Origin: Leucoraja ocellata
Taxonomy: Eukaryota
Direction of reading: 5' to 3'
Assembly: GCA_036785375.1 (NCBI GenBank)
Contig: JAWMAR010000471.1
Location: 186,001 to 250,000 of the forward strand
DNA: 64,000 nucleotides
Shown: positions 52,202-64,000 of the stretch, in pieces
Numbering within the stretch: the stretch's first letter is position 1
Layout of the letters: the number at the start of each line of letters is the position of its first letter
Program-made: the position numbers and the translations under genes
The notes under the pieces: generated by a model
The model's database searches: none
What the model was told of the DNA's origin: nothing
What the model saw: only the letters and a program-made list of their open reading frames with translations

Positions 52202-52998
52202 CACGGTGGCGCAGAATTGGGCTGAGCCTGTACAAAACTAGCAGAGCACCCACTGACGTATCACCCCGTAAGCACAACTTTCTCAGCATCGGCGCGTCCT
52301 CGTAGATTGCTGCACCCGTCCCAACGCCAGTGTGTTTGCTGTCATTAATACTCGATTTTTAAATTAAAAAACCCCCAAGAATAGCTTCGAACAAACAAAT
52401 CTTATGTTCTTGAACACTATACAGCACTAAAAGATGAACTATGAAATGTCTTCGGTTGCATTAAGCACGCCATGCATCTTATACACATGGACTTGGTTGT
52501 TAATTCATTGTATTTTGTTTATTACAAGGACTTTGGGACCTTTGCCTACCATCACAGTGAGGAGGTGCCTGGTGGACTCACAGTGGTGGATGTTAAAACT
52601 GTGTTGAGTGTGTGTTTTGTTATTTTATTCTATGTTATGACAGCTCGGTTAAACCATTTCGTTGTACTGTAAATGTGCAATGACAATAAAGTTGAATCGA
52701 ATCTAATCTAATCTAATTATATATTGTACTTCCGGCCTTGCCCCTCCCGTGACGCAATGGAACAGAAAAGAAAGGAGGTGTGAGATGATTGGGCAACAAA
52801 AGCCGTGATGTGATTGGCAGAATTAAGAAACTTCGGGGAGCTGGAGAACAAATTAGCTCCGCGCCGACGGGATGTGACGCTGTCAAGAATAAGCCAATGA
52901 ATGAAGAGACTAGACCACACCACTTTCGCAATATCAGATTAAACCTGTTTCCGGGTGAGACCATTTCAGTTCATATTCACTCTCAATGCAATTACAAC

Positions 52999-53855
52999 AT
53001 GCTGGCCTTGACAATGTATTGGCTTCTTACAGCTGCAGCTCTCTTAACCGGTAAGTTCACCACGTTTCCAATAATGTAGGGCACGATATTTAATCAACCA
53101 AGTGCCTTCAATGCAACACAACGACTTTAGAAAGGGAGTCCGTATGAGGACAGTAAACGCAGAGCACATTAGGAAAAAAGATGCAATTTCACAGTAATTG
53201 ATGTTCGGAAATTTAAGGTGAGTTTACGGGTTAATTGTGGGGAAGCAGCGCCGACGGAGAAGCATCGTAGAGTTAGAACACACCGGTGGTTCACGCACGA
53301 GTGATCTACGATTCCCTTTTCCCACTCCTGAAGCAATAACGACGTCCAGTCCGATGGAATCGGTTGGATTATCTTTAAAGATAAATTCATTCGGTAATTC
53401 CCAGCGCCTTTCCGCCCATCTTTATTTAGCTTTTGGGGAGGGGTATGTTTGATGTCATTGTACCTCATGTCAGTATCAGCATGAGGGTTATTCTGACGTA
53501 TGAGCTGAATTAGGTGAAGTTGTGTTATTTATCACCGGTCTCTTGCAGGGAATTGTCGAGGCGACGCCGTTTCTCAGTCACCGGCAGCGGTTACAGTGAG
53601 TGAAGGGGATGATACAAAATTGGGCTGCAACTATACAGCTACAAGCACGACCCCTCCTGGACTATTCTGGTACCGTCGGTATCCCGGCGGATCCCTTGAG
53701 TTTCTGCTGCTCAGAACGAAATACAAAGGCGGCGAGAAGAACAACGCCGGGGAACGTTTCTCTGCGGAGCTCAACCATTCGACAGGAACGGTTCCGCTGA
53801 CGGTGTCACAAACGCGGCTCCGAGACTCGGCGATGTATTACTGCGCTCTGAACCC
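52999..53855 (+). CDS. V29: V segment with an open frame and mutated nonamer (V exon 53549-53855)
   Basis: RSS 53856-53894: CACGGTG-23-ATAAAAACT. Confidence 0.82.
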
Positions 53856-54658
53856 CACGGTGGCGCAGAATTGGGGTGAGCCTGTATAAAAACTATCAGA
53901 GATCCACGTCAGTTTGCAGCGCGTTTGTCAGCATCGGCGCGCCCTCGATGATTGCTGCACCGGACCCAAAGCCAGTGTGTTTGCTGTCATTCCTACACGA
54001 TTTTTAAATTAAAAAAAACCCATGATAATTGGGTTGAAGTATAGCTTCGAACAAACAAATATTATGTTCTTGAACACTATACAGCACTAAAAGATGAACT
54101 ATGAAATGTCTTCGGTTGCATTAAGCACGCCATGCATCTTATACACATGGACTTGGTTGTTAATTCATTGTATTTTGTTTATTACAAGGACTTTGGGACC
54201 TTTGCCTTCCATCACAGTGAGGAGGTGCCTGGTGGACTCACTGTGGTGGATGTTAAAACTGTGTTGAGTGTGTGTTTTGTTATTTTATTCTATGTTATGA
54301 CAGCACGGTTAAACCATTTCGTTGTACTGTAAATGTGCAATGACAATAAAGTGGAATCGAATCTAATCAAATCTAATTATATATTGTACTTCCGGCCTTG
54401 CCCCTACTGTGACGCAATGGAACAGAAAAGAAAGGAGGTGTGAGATGATTGGGCAACAAACGTAGTGATGTGATTGGCGGAATTAAGAAACTTCGGGGAG
54501 CTGGAGAACAAATTAGCTCCGCGCCGACGGGATGTGACGCTGTCAAGAATAAGCCAATGAATGAAGAGACTAGACCACACCACTTTCGCAATATCAGATT
54601 AAACCTGTTTCCGGGTGAGACCATTTCAGTTCATATTCACTCTCAATGCAATTACAAC

Positions 54659-55515
54659 ATGCTGGCCTTGACAATGTATTGGCTTTTTACAGCTGCAGCT
54701 CTCTTAACCGGTAAGTTCTCCACGTTTCCAATAATGTAGGGCATGATATTTAATCAACCAAATACTTTGAATGCAACACAATGACTTTAGAAAGGGAGTC
54801 CGTATGAGGACAGTAAACGCAGAGCACATATGCAAAAAGATGCAGTTTCACAGTAATTGATGTTCGGAAATTTGAGGTGAGTTTCCAGGTTAATTGTTGG
54901 AAAGCAGCCGCGATGGTGAAGCATCGTAGAGTTAGAACACACCGGTGGTTCACGCACGAGTGATCTACGATTCCCTTTTCCCTCCCCGGAAGCAATAACG
55001 ACGTCCAGTCCGATGGAACGGGTTGTAATATCTTTAAAGATGAATCAATTAGACATTTCCTAGCGCCTTTCCGCCCATCTTTATTTAGCTTTTAGAGGAG
55101 GGGTATGTTTGATGTCATTGTACCTCATATCAGTATCAGGATGAGGGGCATTCTGAAATATGAGCTTAATTAGGTGATGTTGTGTTATTTATCCCCGGAC
55201 TCTTGCAGGGAATTGTCGAGGCGACGCCGTTTCTCAGACACCGGCAGCGGTTACAGTGAGTGAAGGGGATGACGCACAGTTGAACTGCAGCTATACAGCT
55301 ACAAGCTCGGACAATCCTGGTCTTATCTGGTACCGTCAGTATCCCGGCGGCCCTCTTGAGTTTCTGCTGCTCAGAATGAAATACGAAGTCGCCCCGAAGA
55401 ACAATGCCGGTGAACGCTTCTCTGCGGAGCTCGACCTTTTGGCAGGAACGGTCCCGCTGACGGTGTCACAAACGCGGCTCCGAGACTCGGCGATGTATTA
55501 CTGCGCTCTGAGCCC
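54659..55515 (+). CDS. V30: TCR alpha/delta-like V segment (V exon 55209-55515)
   Basis: Open frame, close to V2. RSS 55516-55554 with CACGGAG. Confidence 0.9.
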
Positions 55516-55875
55516 CACGGAGGCGCAGAATTGGGCTGAGCCCGTACAAAAACTCCAAGCGCACCCAGTCACGTATCAGCGCGTAAGCAGAAATGTGTCA
55601 ACGTCGGCCCTTCCTCGCTGAATGCAGCATCCGTCCCACCGCCTGTATGTACCACCAGCTTCTCATATTTAAACATTAGGTTCCTGAACATTACACAGCA
55701 GTAACAGATGAACAATGAACTGTCTTCGGTTGCACTAAGCACTTCATGCCTTGCGTGTACATGAATGTTGTTTATTTATTGAATTTTGTTTATTGTATAT
55801 TATATTTCAGACCTTGCCCCTCCTGTGACGTCATGGAGCAGAAAACAAAGGAGGTTTGAGATGATTGGGCAACAA

Positions 55876-56237
55876 GAGGAAGCGAGCGGGCAAGATCAAC
55901 TCTGACCCCTCTCACCCTGGCGACAAACTATTTGAATCACTTCCCTCAGGAAGGCGACTCCGGACTGTCAAAGCTGCCACAGCCAGACATAAAAACTGTT
56001 TTTATTCACGAGTAGTTACTCTACTCAACAGCCAAACATCTGTAGCCTCCCTCTGATCTGGTATTTTGTTGGTTCACATGCTTGATCAATGGTGTTTTAT
56101 CATGAATGTTTTATTATTATCAATGTTTAGTGTTTTCTGCGTCATTCGTAACTGTCACTGTATGTTATGTTGTTACTTGTGGGAGGAGCTCCAAGGCATA
56201 TTCTTTGTATGTGTATACTTGACGTATAAACTTGCTT
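55876..56237 (+). mobile_element. Spacer element B copy
   Basis: Same sequence and insertion point; ORF 55865-56056 shows the LINE C-terminus. Confidence 0.85.
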
Positions 56238-56446
56238 ACAAAAGCAATGATGTGATTGGCTGAATTAAGAAACTGTGAATTCAGGGAGTTTGAGAACAAA
56301 TTAGCTCTGCGCCGACGGGATGTGACGTGGTCAAGAATAAGCCACTGAATGAAGAACCTAGACCACACCCCTTTCACAATATCAGATTAAACCTGTTTGC
56401 GGGTGAGAACATTTCAGTTCATGTTCACTCTCAATGCAATTACAAC

Positions 56447-57305
56447 ATGCTGGCCTTGACAATGTATTGGCTTCTTACAGCTGCAGCTCTCTTAACCGGT
56501 AAGTTCACCACGTTTCCAATAATGTAGGGCATGATGTTTAATCAACCAAATACCTTGAATGCAACACAACAACTTTAGAAAGGGAGTCCGTATGACGACA
56601 ATAAACGCAGAGGACATTTGGAAAAAAAGATGCAGTTTCACAGTAATTGATGTTCGGAAATTCGAGGTGAGTTTCCAGGTTAATTGTTGGAAAGCAGCCA
56701 CGATGGTGAAGCATCATATAGTTAGAACACACCGGTGGTCCCCGTACGAGTGATCCACGATTTCCGCCTTCCTCCCCGGAAGCAATAACGACGTCCAGTC
56801 CGATGAAACAGGTTGGATAACCATTAAAGATGAATTTATTCGGTAATTCCCAGCGCCTTTCCGCCCATCTTCGTTTAGCTTTTAACGGAGGGGTATGTTT
56901 GATGTCATTGTACCTCATATCAGTATCAGGATGAGGGATATTCTGAAGTATGAGCTGAATTAGGTGATGTTGTGTTATTTATCCCCGGTCTCTTGCAGGG
57001 AATTGTCGAGGCGACGACGTTTCTCAGTCACCGGCAGCGGTTACAGTGAGTGAAGGGGATGATACAAAATTGAGCTGCAACTATACAGCCAAAACCTCGA
57101 GCAGCTCTGGACTAATCTGGTACCGTCAGTATCCCGGCGGATCCCTTGAGTTTCTGCTGCTCAGAACGACATACAAAGGCGGCGAGAAGAACAATGCCGG
57201 GGCCCGATTTTCTGCTGAGCTCAACCATTCGACAGGAACGGTCCCGCTGACGGTGTCACAAACGCGGCTCCGAGACTCGGCGATGTATTACTGCGCTCTA
57301 AACCC
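56447..57305 (+). CDS. V31: TCR alpha/delta-like V segment (V exon 56999-57305)
   Basis: Open frame. RSS 57306-57344 with CACGGTG. Confidence 0.9.
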
Positions 57306-58110
57306 CACGGTGGCGCACAATTGGGCTGAGCCTGTACAAAAACTACCAGAGTACCCCGTCAGTTTGCAGCGCGTTTGTCAGCATCGGCGCGCCCTTGTTG
57401 ATTGCTGCACCCGTCCCAACGCCAGTGTGTTTGCTGTCATTAATACACGATTTTTAAATATTAAAAAACCCCCATGGTAATTGGGTTGAAGAATAGCTTC
57501 TAACAAACAAATATTAGGTTATTGAACACCACACAGCACTAAAAGATGAATTATTAATTGTATTCGGTTGCATTAAGCACTTCATGCATCGTATGCACAT
57601 GGATCTAGTTGTTAATTTATTACATTTTGTTTATTACAAGGACTTTGGAACTTTTGCCTTCCATCACAGTGAGGAGGTGCCTGGTGGACTCACTGTGGTG
57701 GATGTTAAAACTGTGTTGAGTGTGTGTTTTTATTCTATGTTATGACGGCTCGGTTAAACCATTTCGTTGTACTGTAAATGTGCAATGACAATAAAGTTGA
57801 ATCTAATCTAATCTAATCTAATTATATATTGTACTTCCGGCCTTGCCCCTCCTGTGACGTAATTGGACCAGAAAACAAAGGAGGTGTGAGATGATTGGGC
57901 AACAAAAGCAGTGATGTGATTGGCGGAATTAAGAAACAGTTAATTCGGGGAGTTGGAGAACAAATTAGCTCCGCGCCGACGGGATGTGACGCTTACAAGA
58001 ATAAGCCAATGAATGAAGAACATCGACCACACCCCTTTCACAATATCAGTTTAAACCTGTTTCCGGGTGAGACCATTTCAGTTCATATTCACTCTCAATG
58101 CAATTACAAC

Positions 58111-58968
58111 ATGCTGGCCTTGACAATGTATTGGCTCCTTACAGCTGCAGCTTTCTTAACCGGTAAGTTCACCACATTTCCAATAATGTAGGGCATGATA
58201 TTTATTCAACCAAATACCTTGAATGTAACACAACGACTTTAGAAAACGAGTCCGTATGAGGCCAGTAAACGCAGAGCACATTAGGAAAAAAAGATGCAGT
58301 TTCACAGTAATTGATGTTCGGAAATTCGAGGTGAGTTTCCAGGTTAATTGTTGGAAAGCAGCCGCGACGGTGAAGCATCGGAGAGTGTGAACACACCGGT
58401 GGTTCACGCACGAGTGATCTACGATTCCCCTCTTCCCCCCCGAAACAATAACGACGTCCAGTACGCTGAAACGGGATGGATTATCTTTAAAGATCAATTT
58501 ATTCGATAATTCCCAGCGCCTTTCCGCCCATCTTTATTTAGCTTTTAGAGGAGGGGTATGTTTGATGTCATTGTACCTCATATCAGTATCAGGATGAGGG
58601 GCATTCTGACGTTTGAGCTGAATTAGGTGATGTTGTGTTATTTATCCCCGGACTCTTGCAGGGAATTGTCGAGGCGACGCCTTTTCTCAGACACCGGCAG
58701 CGGTTACAGTGAGTGAAGGGGATGACGCATAGTTGAACTGCAGTTATACAGCTCCAAGCTCGAACAATCCTGGTCTTATCTGGTACCGTCAGTATCCCGG
58801 CGGATCCCTTGAGTTTCTGCTGCTCAGAATGAAATACAAAGGCGGCGAGAAGAACAATGCCGGGGAACGTTTCTCTGCGGAGCTCAACCATTCGACAGGA
58901 ACGGTCCCGCTGACGGTGTCACAAACGCGGCTCCGAGACTCGGCGATGTATTACTGCGCTCTGAGCCC
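58111..58968 (+). pseudogene. V32: V pseudogene (CAG changed to TAG at 58730-58732)
   Basis: gat gac gca TAG ttg in FR1. V exon 58662-58968, RSS 58969-59007 with CACGGAG. Confidence 0.9.
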
Positions 58969-59327
58969 CACGGAGGCGCAGAATTGGGCTGAGCGTGTAC
59001 AAAAACTCCTAGCGCACCCAGTCACGTATCAGCGCGTGGATCTGTGTCAGCGTCGGCACTTCCTCGCTGAATGCAGCATCCGTCCCACCGCCTGTATGTA
59101 CCAGCAGCTTCTCATATTTAAACATTAGGTCCCTGAACATTACACAGCAGTAACAGATGAGCAATGAACTGTCTTCGGTTGCACTAAGCACTTCATGCCT
59201 TTCGTGTACATGAATGTTGTTGTTTATTTATTGAATTTTGTTTATTATATATTATACTTCAGACCTTGCCCCTCCTGTGACATCATGGAGCAGAAAACAA
59301 AGGAGGTTTGAGATGATTGGGCAACAA

Positions 59328-59687
59328 GAGGAAGCGAGCGGGCAAGATCATCTCTGACCCCTCTCACCCTGGCGACAAACTATTTGAATCACTTCCCTCA
59401 GGAAGGCGACTCCGGACTGTCAAAGCTGCCACAGTCAGACATAAAACAGTTCTTATCCACGAGTAGTTACTCTACTCAACAGCCAAACATCTGTAGCCTC
59501 CCTTTTATCTGGTATTTTGTTGGTTCACATGCTTGATCAATGGTGTTTTATCATGAACGTTTTATTATTATCAATGTTTAGTGTTTTCTGAGGTATTCTG
59601 TCACTGTATGTTATGTTGTTACTTGTGGGCGGAGCTCCAAGGCATATTCCTTGTATGTGAATACTTGGCCAATAAAATTACTTACTT
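59328..59687 (+). mobile_element. Spacer element B copy
   Basis: Same sequence and insertion point. Confidence 0.85.
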
Positions 59688-59896
59688 ACAAAAGCAGTGA
59701 TGTGATTGGCGGAATTAAGAAACTCAGTGAATTCGGGGGGTTGGAGTACAAATTAGCTCCGCGCCGACGGGATGTGACGGTGTCAAGAATAAGCCAATGA
59801 ATGAAGAGCCTAGACCACACCCCTTTCACAATATCAGATTAAACCTGTTTCCGGGTGAGACCATTTCAGTTCATATTCACTCAATGCAATTACAAC

Positions 59897-60772
59897 ATGA
59901 TGGCCTTGACAATGTATTGGCTTCTAACAGCTGCAGCTCTCTTAACCGGTAAGCTCACCCCGTTTCCAATAATGTAGGGCATGATATTTATTCAACCAAT
60001 TACCTTGAATGGAACACAACTACTTTAGAAAATGAGTCCGTATGACGACAGTAAACGCAGAGCACATTAGGAAAAATGATGCAGTTTCACAGTAATTGAT
60101 GTTCGGAAATTCGAGGTGAGTTTCCAGGTTAATTGTTGGAAAGCAGCCGCGATGGTGGGGCATCGTAGGGTTAGAACACACCGGTGGTTCACGCACGAGT
60201 GATCTGCGATTCCCCTCTCCCCTCCCCCCCCCCCCCCCCCCCCCCGAAGCAATAACGGCGTCCAGACCGAAGGAACGGGTTGGATTATCTTTAAAGATCA
60301 ATTTATCCGGTAATTCCCAGAGCCTTTCCGCCCATCTTTATTTAGCTTTTGGGGGAGGGGTATGTTTGATGTCATTGTACCTCATATCAGTTTCAAGATG
60401 AGGGTTATCCTGAAGTATGAGCTGAATTAGGTGATGTTGTGTTATTTATCCCCGGTCTCTTGCAGGGTATTGTCGAGGCGACGCCGTTTCTCAGACACCG
60501 GCAGCGGTTACAGTGAGTGAAGGGGAGGATACAAAATTGAACTGCAACTATACAGTTACAAGCTCGAACAATGCTGGACTAATCTGGTACCGTCAGTATC
60601 CCGGCGGATCCCTTGAGTTTCTGCTGCTGAGAACGACATACAAAGGTGGCGAGAAGAACAATGCCGGTGACCGTTTTTCTGCTGAGCTCAACCATTCGAC
60701 AGGAACGGTCCCGCTGACGGTGTCACAAACGCGGCTCCGAGACTCGGCGATGTATTACTGCGCTCTGACCCC
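59897..60772 (+). CDS. V33: V segment with an open frame and a nonamer lacking one A (V exon 60466-60772)
   Basis: RSS 60773-60811: CACGGTG-23-ACAAAACTA. Confidence 0.82.
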
Positions 60773-61574
60773 CACGGTGTCGCAGAATTGGGCTGAGTCT
60801 GTACAAAACTATCAGAGATGCCCGTCAGTTTGCAGCGCGTTTGTCAGCATCGGCGCGCCCTTGTTGATTGCTGCACCCGTCCCAACGCCAGTGTGTTTGC
60901 TGTCATTAATACACGATTTTTATATATTAAAAAACCCCATGGTAATTGGGTTGAAGAACAGCTTCTAACAAACAAATATTAGGTGTTTGAGCCCTACACC
61001 GCACTAAACGATGAACTGTGGAAAGTATTCGGTTGCATTAAGCACTTCATGCATCTTATGCACATGGACCTGGTTGTTAATTTATTACATTTTGTCTATT
61101 ACAAGGACTTTGGAACTTTTGCCTTCCATCACAGTGAGGAGGTGCCTGTTGGACTCACTGTGGTGGATGTTAAAACTGTGTTGAGTGTGTGTTTTTATTC
61201 TATGTTATGACAGCTCGGTTAAACCATTTCGTTGTACTATAAATGTGCAATGACAATAAAATTGAATCTAAACTAATCTAATCTAATTATATATTGTACT
61301 TCCGGCCTTGCCCCTCCTGTGACGTCATGGAACAGAAAACAAAGGAGGTTTGAGATGATTGGGCAACAAAAGTTGTGATGTGATTGGCGGAATTAAGAAA
61401 CAGTTAATTCGGGGAGTTGGAGAACAAATTAGCTCCGCGCCGACGGGATGTGACGTTGTCAAGAATAAGCCAATGAATGAAGAGCCTTGACCACACCCCT
61501 TTCACAATATCAGATTAAACCTGTTTCCGGGTGAGACCATGTCAGTTCATATTCACTCTCAATGCAATTACAAC

Positions 61575-62432
61575 ATGCTGGCGAAGACAATGTATTGGCT
61601 TCTTACAGCTGCAGCTCTGTTAACCGGTAAGCTCACCCCGTTTCCAATAATGTAGGGCATGATATTTATTCAAGCAAATACCTTGAATGCAACACAACTA
61701 CTTTAGAAAGGGAGTCCGTATGTGGATAGTAAACGCAGAGCACATTGGGAAAAAAGATGCAGTTTCACAGTAATTGATGTTCGGAAATTTGAGGTGAGTT
61801 TCCAGGTTAATCGCTGGAAAGCAGCGCCGACGGAGAAGCGTCGTAGAGTTAGAACACACCGGTAGTCCCCGTACGATCGAGCTACGATTTCCCCCTTCCT
61901 CCCCGGAAGCAATAACGACGTCCAGTCCGATGGAACGGGTTGGATTATCTTTAAAGATCAATTTATTCGGTATTTCCCAGCGTCTTTCCGCCCATCTTTA
62001 TTTAGCTTTTAGGGGAGGGATATGTTTGATGTCATTGTACCTCATATCAGTATCAGGATGGGGGGTATTCTGAAATATGCGCTGCATTAGGTGATGCTGT
62101 GTTATTTATCCCCGGACTCTTGCAGGGAATTGTCGAGGCGACGCCGTTTCTCAGTCACCGGCAGCGGTAACAGTGAGTGAAGGGGATGGCGCACAGTTGA
62201 ACTGCAGCTACACAGCTACAAGCTCGAACCATGCTGGTCTTATCTGGTACCGTCAGTATCCCGGCGGACCCCTTGAATTTCTGCTGCTCAGAATGAAATA
62301 CGAAGTCGCCCCGAAGAACAATGCCGGTGAACGCTTCTCTGCGGAGCTCGACCTTTTGGCAGGAACGGTCCCGCTGACGGTGTCACAAACGCGGCTCCGA
62401 GACTCGGCGATGTATTACTGCGCTCTGAGCCC
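61575..62432 (+). CDS. V34: TCR alpha/delta-like V segment (V exon 62126-62432)
   Basis: Open frame, CDR2 region MKYEVAPK. RSS 62433-62471 with CACGGAG. Confidence 0.9.
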
Positions 62433-62791
62433 CACGGAGGCGCAGAATTGGGCTGAGCCTGTACAAAAACTCCAAGCGCACCCAGTCACGTATCAGCGCG
62501 TGGAACTGTGTCAGCGTCGGCCCTTCCTCGCTGAATTCAGCATCCGTCCCACCGCCTGTATGTACCACCAGCTTCTCATATTTAAACATTAGGTCCCTGA
62601 ACATTACACAGCAGTAACAGATGAGCAATGAACTGTCTTCGGTTGCACTAAGCACTTCATGCCTTTCGTGTGCATGAATGTTGTTGTTTATTTATTGCAT
62701 TTTGTTTATTGTATATTATACTTCAGACCTTGCCCCTCCTGTGACATCATGGAGCAGAAAACAAAGGAGGTTTGAGATGATTGGGCAACAA

Positions 62792-63156
62792 GAGGAAGCG
62801 AGCGGTCAAGATCATCTCTGACCCCTCTCACCCTGGCGACAAACTATTTGAATCACTTCCCTCAGGAAGGCGACTCCGGACTGTCAAAGCTGCCACAGTC
62901 AGATATGAAACAGTTTTTATCCACGAGTAGTTACTCTACTCAACAGCCAAATATCTGTAGCCTCCCTTTTATCTGGTATTTTGTTGGTTCACATGCTTGA
63001 TCAATGGTGTTTTATCATGAACGTTTTATTATTATCAATGTTTAGTGTTTTCTGAGATATTCGTAACTGTCACTGTATGATATGTTGTTACTTGTGGGCG
63101 GAGCTCCAAGGCATAGTCCTTGTATGTGAATACTTGGCCAATAAAATTACTTACTT
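62792..63156 (+). mobile_element. Spacer element B copy
   Basis: Same sequence and insertion point. Confidence 0.85.
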
Positions 63157-63367
63157 ACAAAAGCAGTGATGTGATTGGCGGAATTAAGAAAGTGAGTGAA
63201 TTCGGGGAGTTGGAGAACAAATTAGCTCTGCGCCGACGGGATGTGACGTTGTCAAGAATAAGCCAATGATTGAAGAGCCTAGAGCACACCCCTTTCACAA
63301 TATCAGATTAAACCTGTTTCGGGGTGAGACCATTTCAGTTCATATTCACTCTCAATGCAATTACAAC

Positions 63368-64000
63368 ATGCTGGCCTTGAAAATGTATTGGCTTCTTACA
63401 GCTGCAGCTCTCTTAACCGGTAAGTTCACCACGTTTCCAATACTGTAGGGCACGATATTTATTCAACCAAATTCCTTCAATGCAACACAACGACTTTAGA
63501 AAGGGAGTCCGTCCGTATGACGACAGTAAACGCAGAGCACATTAGGAAAAAAGATGCCGTTTCACAGTAATTGATGTTCGGAAATTTAAGGTGAGTTTCC
63601 GGGTTAATTGTGGGAAAGCAGCGCCAATGGAGAAGCATCGTAGAGTTAGAACACACCGGTGGTTCACGCACAAGTGATCTACGATTCCCTTTTTCCCACC
63701 CCGGAAGGAGTAACGACGTCCAATCCGATGGAACCGGTTGGATTATCTTTAAAGATAAATTTAGTCGGCAATTCCCAGCGCCTTTCCACCCATATTTATT
63801 TAGCTTTTGGGGGAGGGGTCTGTTTGATGTCATTGTATCTCATATCAGTATCAGGATGAGGGGTATTATGAAATATGAGCTGGATTAGGTGATGTTGTAT
63901 TATTTATCCCCGGATTCTTGCAGGGCATTGTCGAGGCGACGCCGTTTCCCAGACACCGGCAGCGGTTACAGTGAGTGAAGGGGAGGATACAAAATTCAGC
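63368..64000 (+). CDS. V35: V segment running off the window (leader 63368-63419, V exon from 63924)
   Basis: Leader, intron and start of the V exon ([26 protein letters not shown]). Confidence 0.85.

Larger units (their letters stand above)
1..64000 (+). repeat. Tandem array of 36 TCR alpha/delta-like V gene units (about 1.65-1.7 kb period)
   Basis: The same promoter, leader exon, intron, V exon and 23-RSS recur head-to-tail across the whole window and run off both ends. Confidence 0.97.

Noticed and set aside
1-64000. CRISPR-like, retron-like or diversity-generating-retroelement reading (repeats with variable segments plus RT genes)
   Set aside because: The units are spliced vertebrate V genes with RSSs. 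The RTs are truncated non-LTR retrotransposons with target-site duplications, inserted at unrelated positions.
1-64000. NAR-TCR, IgNAR-like or Ig-cluster (V-D-J-C) organisation
   Set aside because: Every V has its own leader and only the two canonical cysteines in the mature domain. I saw no 12-RSS D or J segments, FGxG motifs or C exons.

Overview
Eukaryotic (vertebrate) DNA. The whole window is a head-to-tail, + strand tandem array (basic unit about 1.65-1.7 kb) of antigen-receptor variable gene segments from one closely related family, best read as T-cell receptor alpha/delta V (TRAV/TRDV-like). Each unit has an ETS/CRE/CCAAT promoter, a 52-nt leader exon (MLALTMYWLLTAAALLT-G|gtaag), an intron of about 0.5 kb, a 307-nt V exon (C...WYRQ...YYCAL) and a 23-bp-spacer recombination signal sequence (RSS). 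I count 36 V segments, labelled V0-V35 by me; two are cut by the window edges. Seven are clearly broken: four by stop codons, one by a LINE insertion, one by a 3' deletion and one by an inversion. Three more have damaged nonamers. No D, J or C segments are visible. CR1-clade and Rex1/Babar-like retroposons are interspersed and suggest a cartilaginous fish (inference); several were amplified with the array and mark its duplication history. Most short ORFs in the supplied track are by-products of the repeat. I found no wholly new biological system. The best leads are that none of the 33 RSS heptamers is canonical and all contain a CpG, that CDR1/CDR2 blocks are shuffled between germline copies, an in-frame leader-V-reverse-transcriptase fusion, a deletion with coding-joint-like geometry at a retroposon-borne heptamer, and a template-switch-like inversion cluster.
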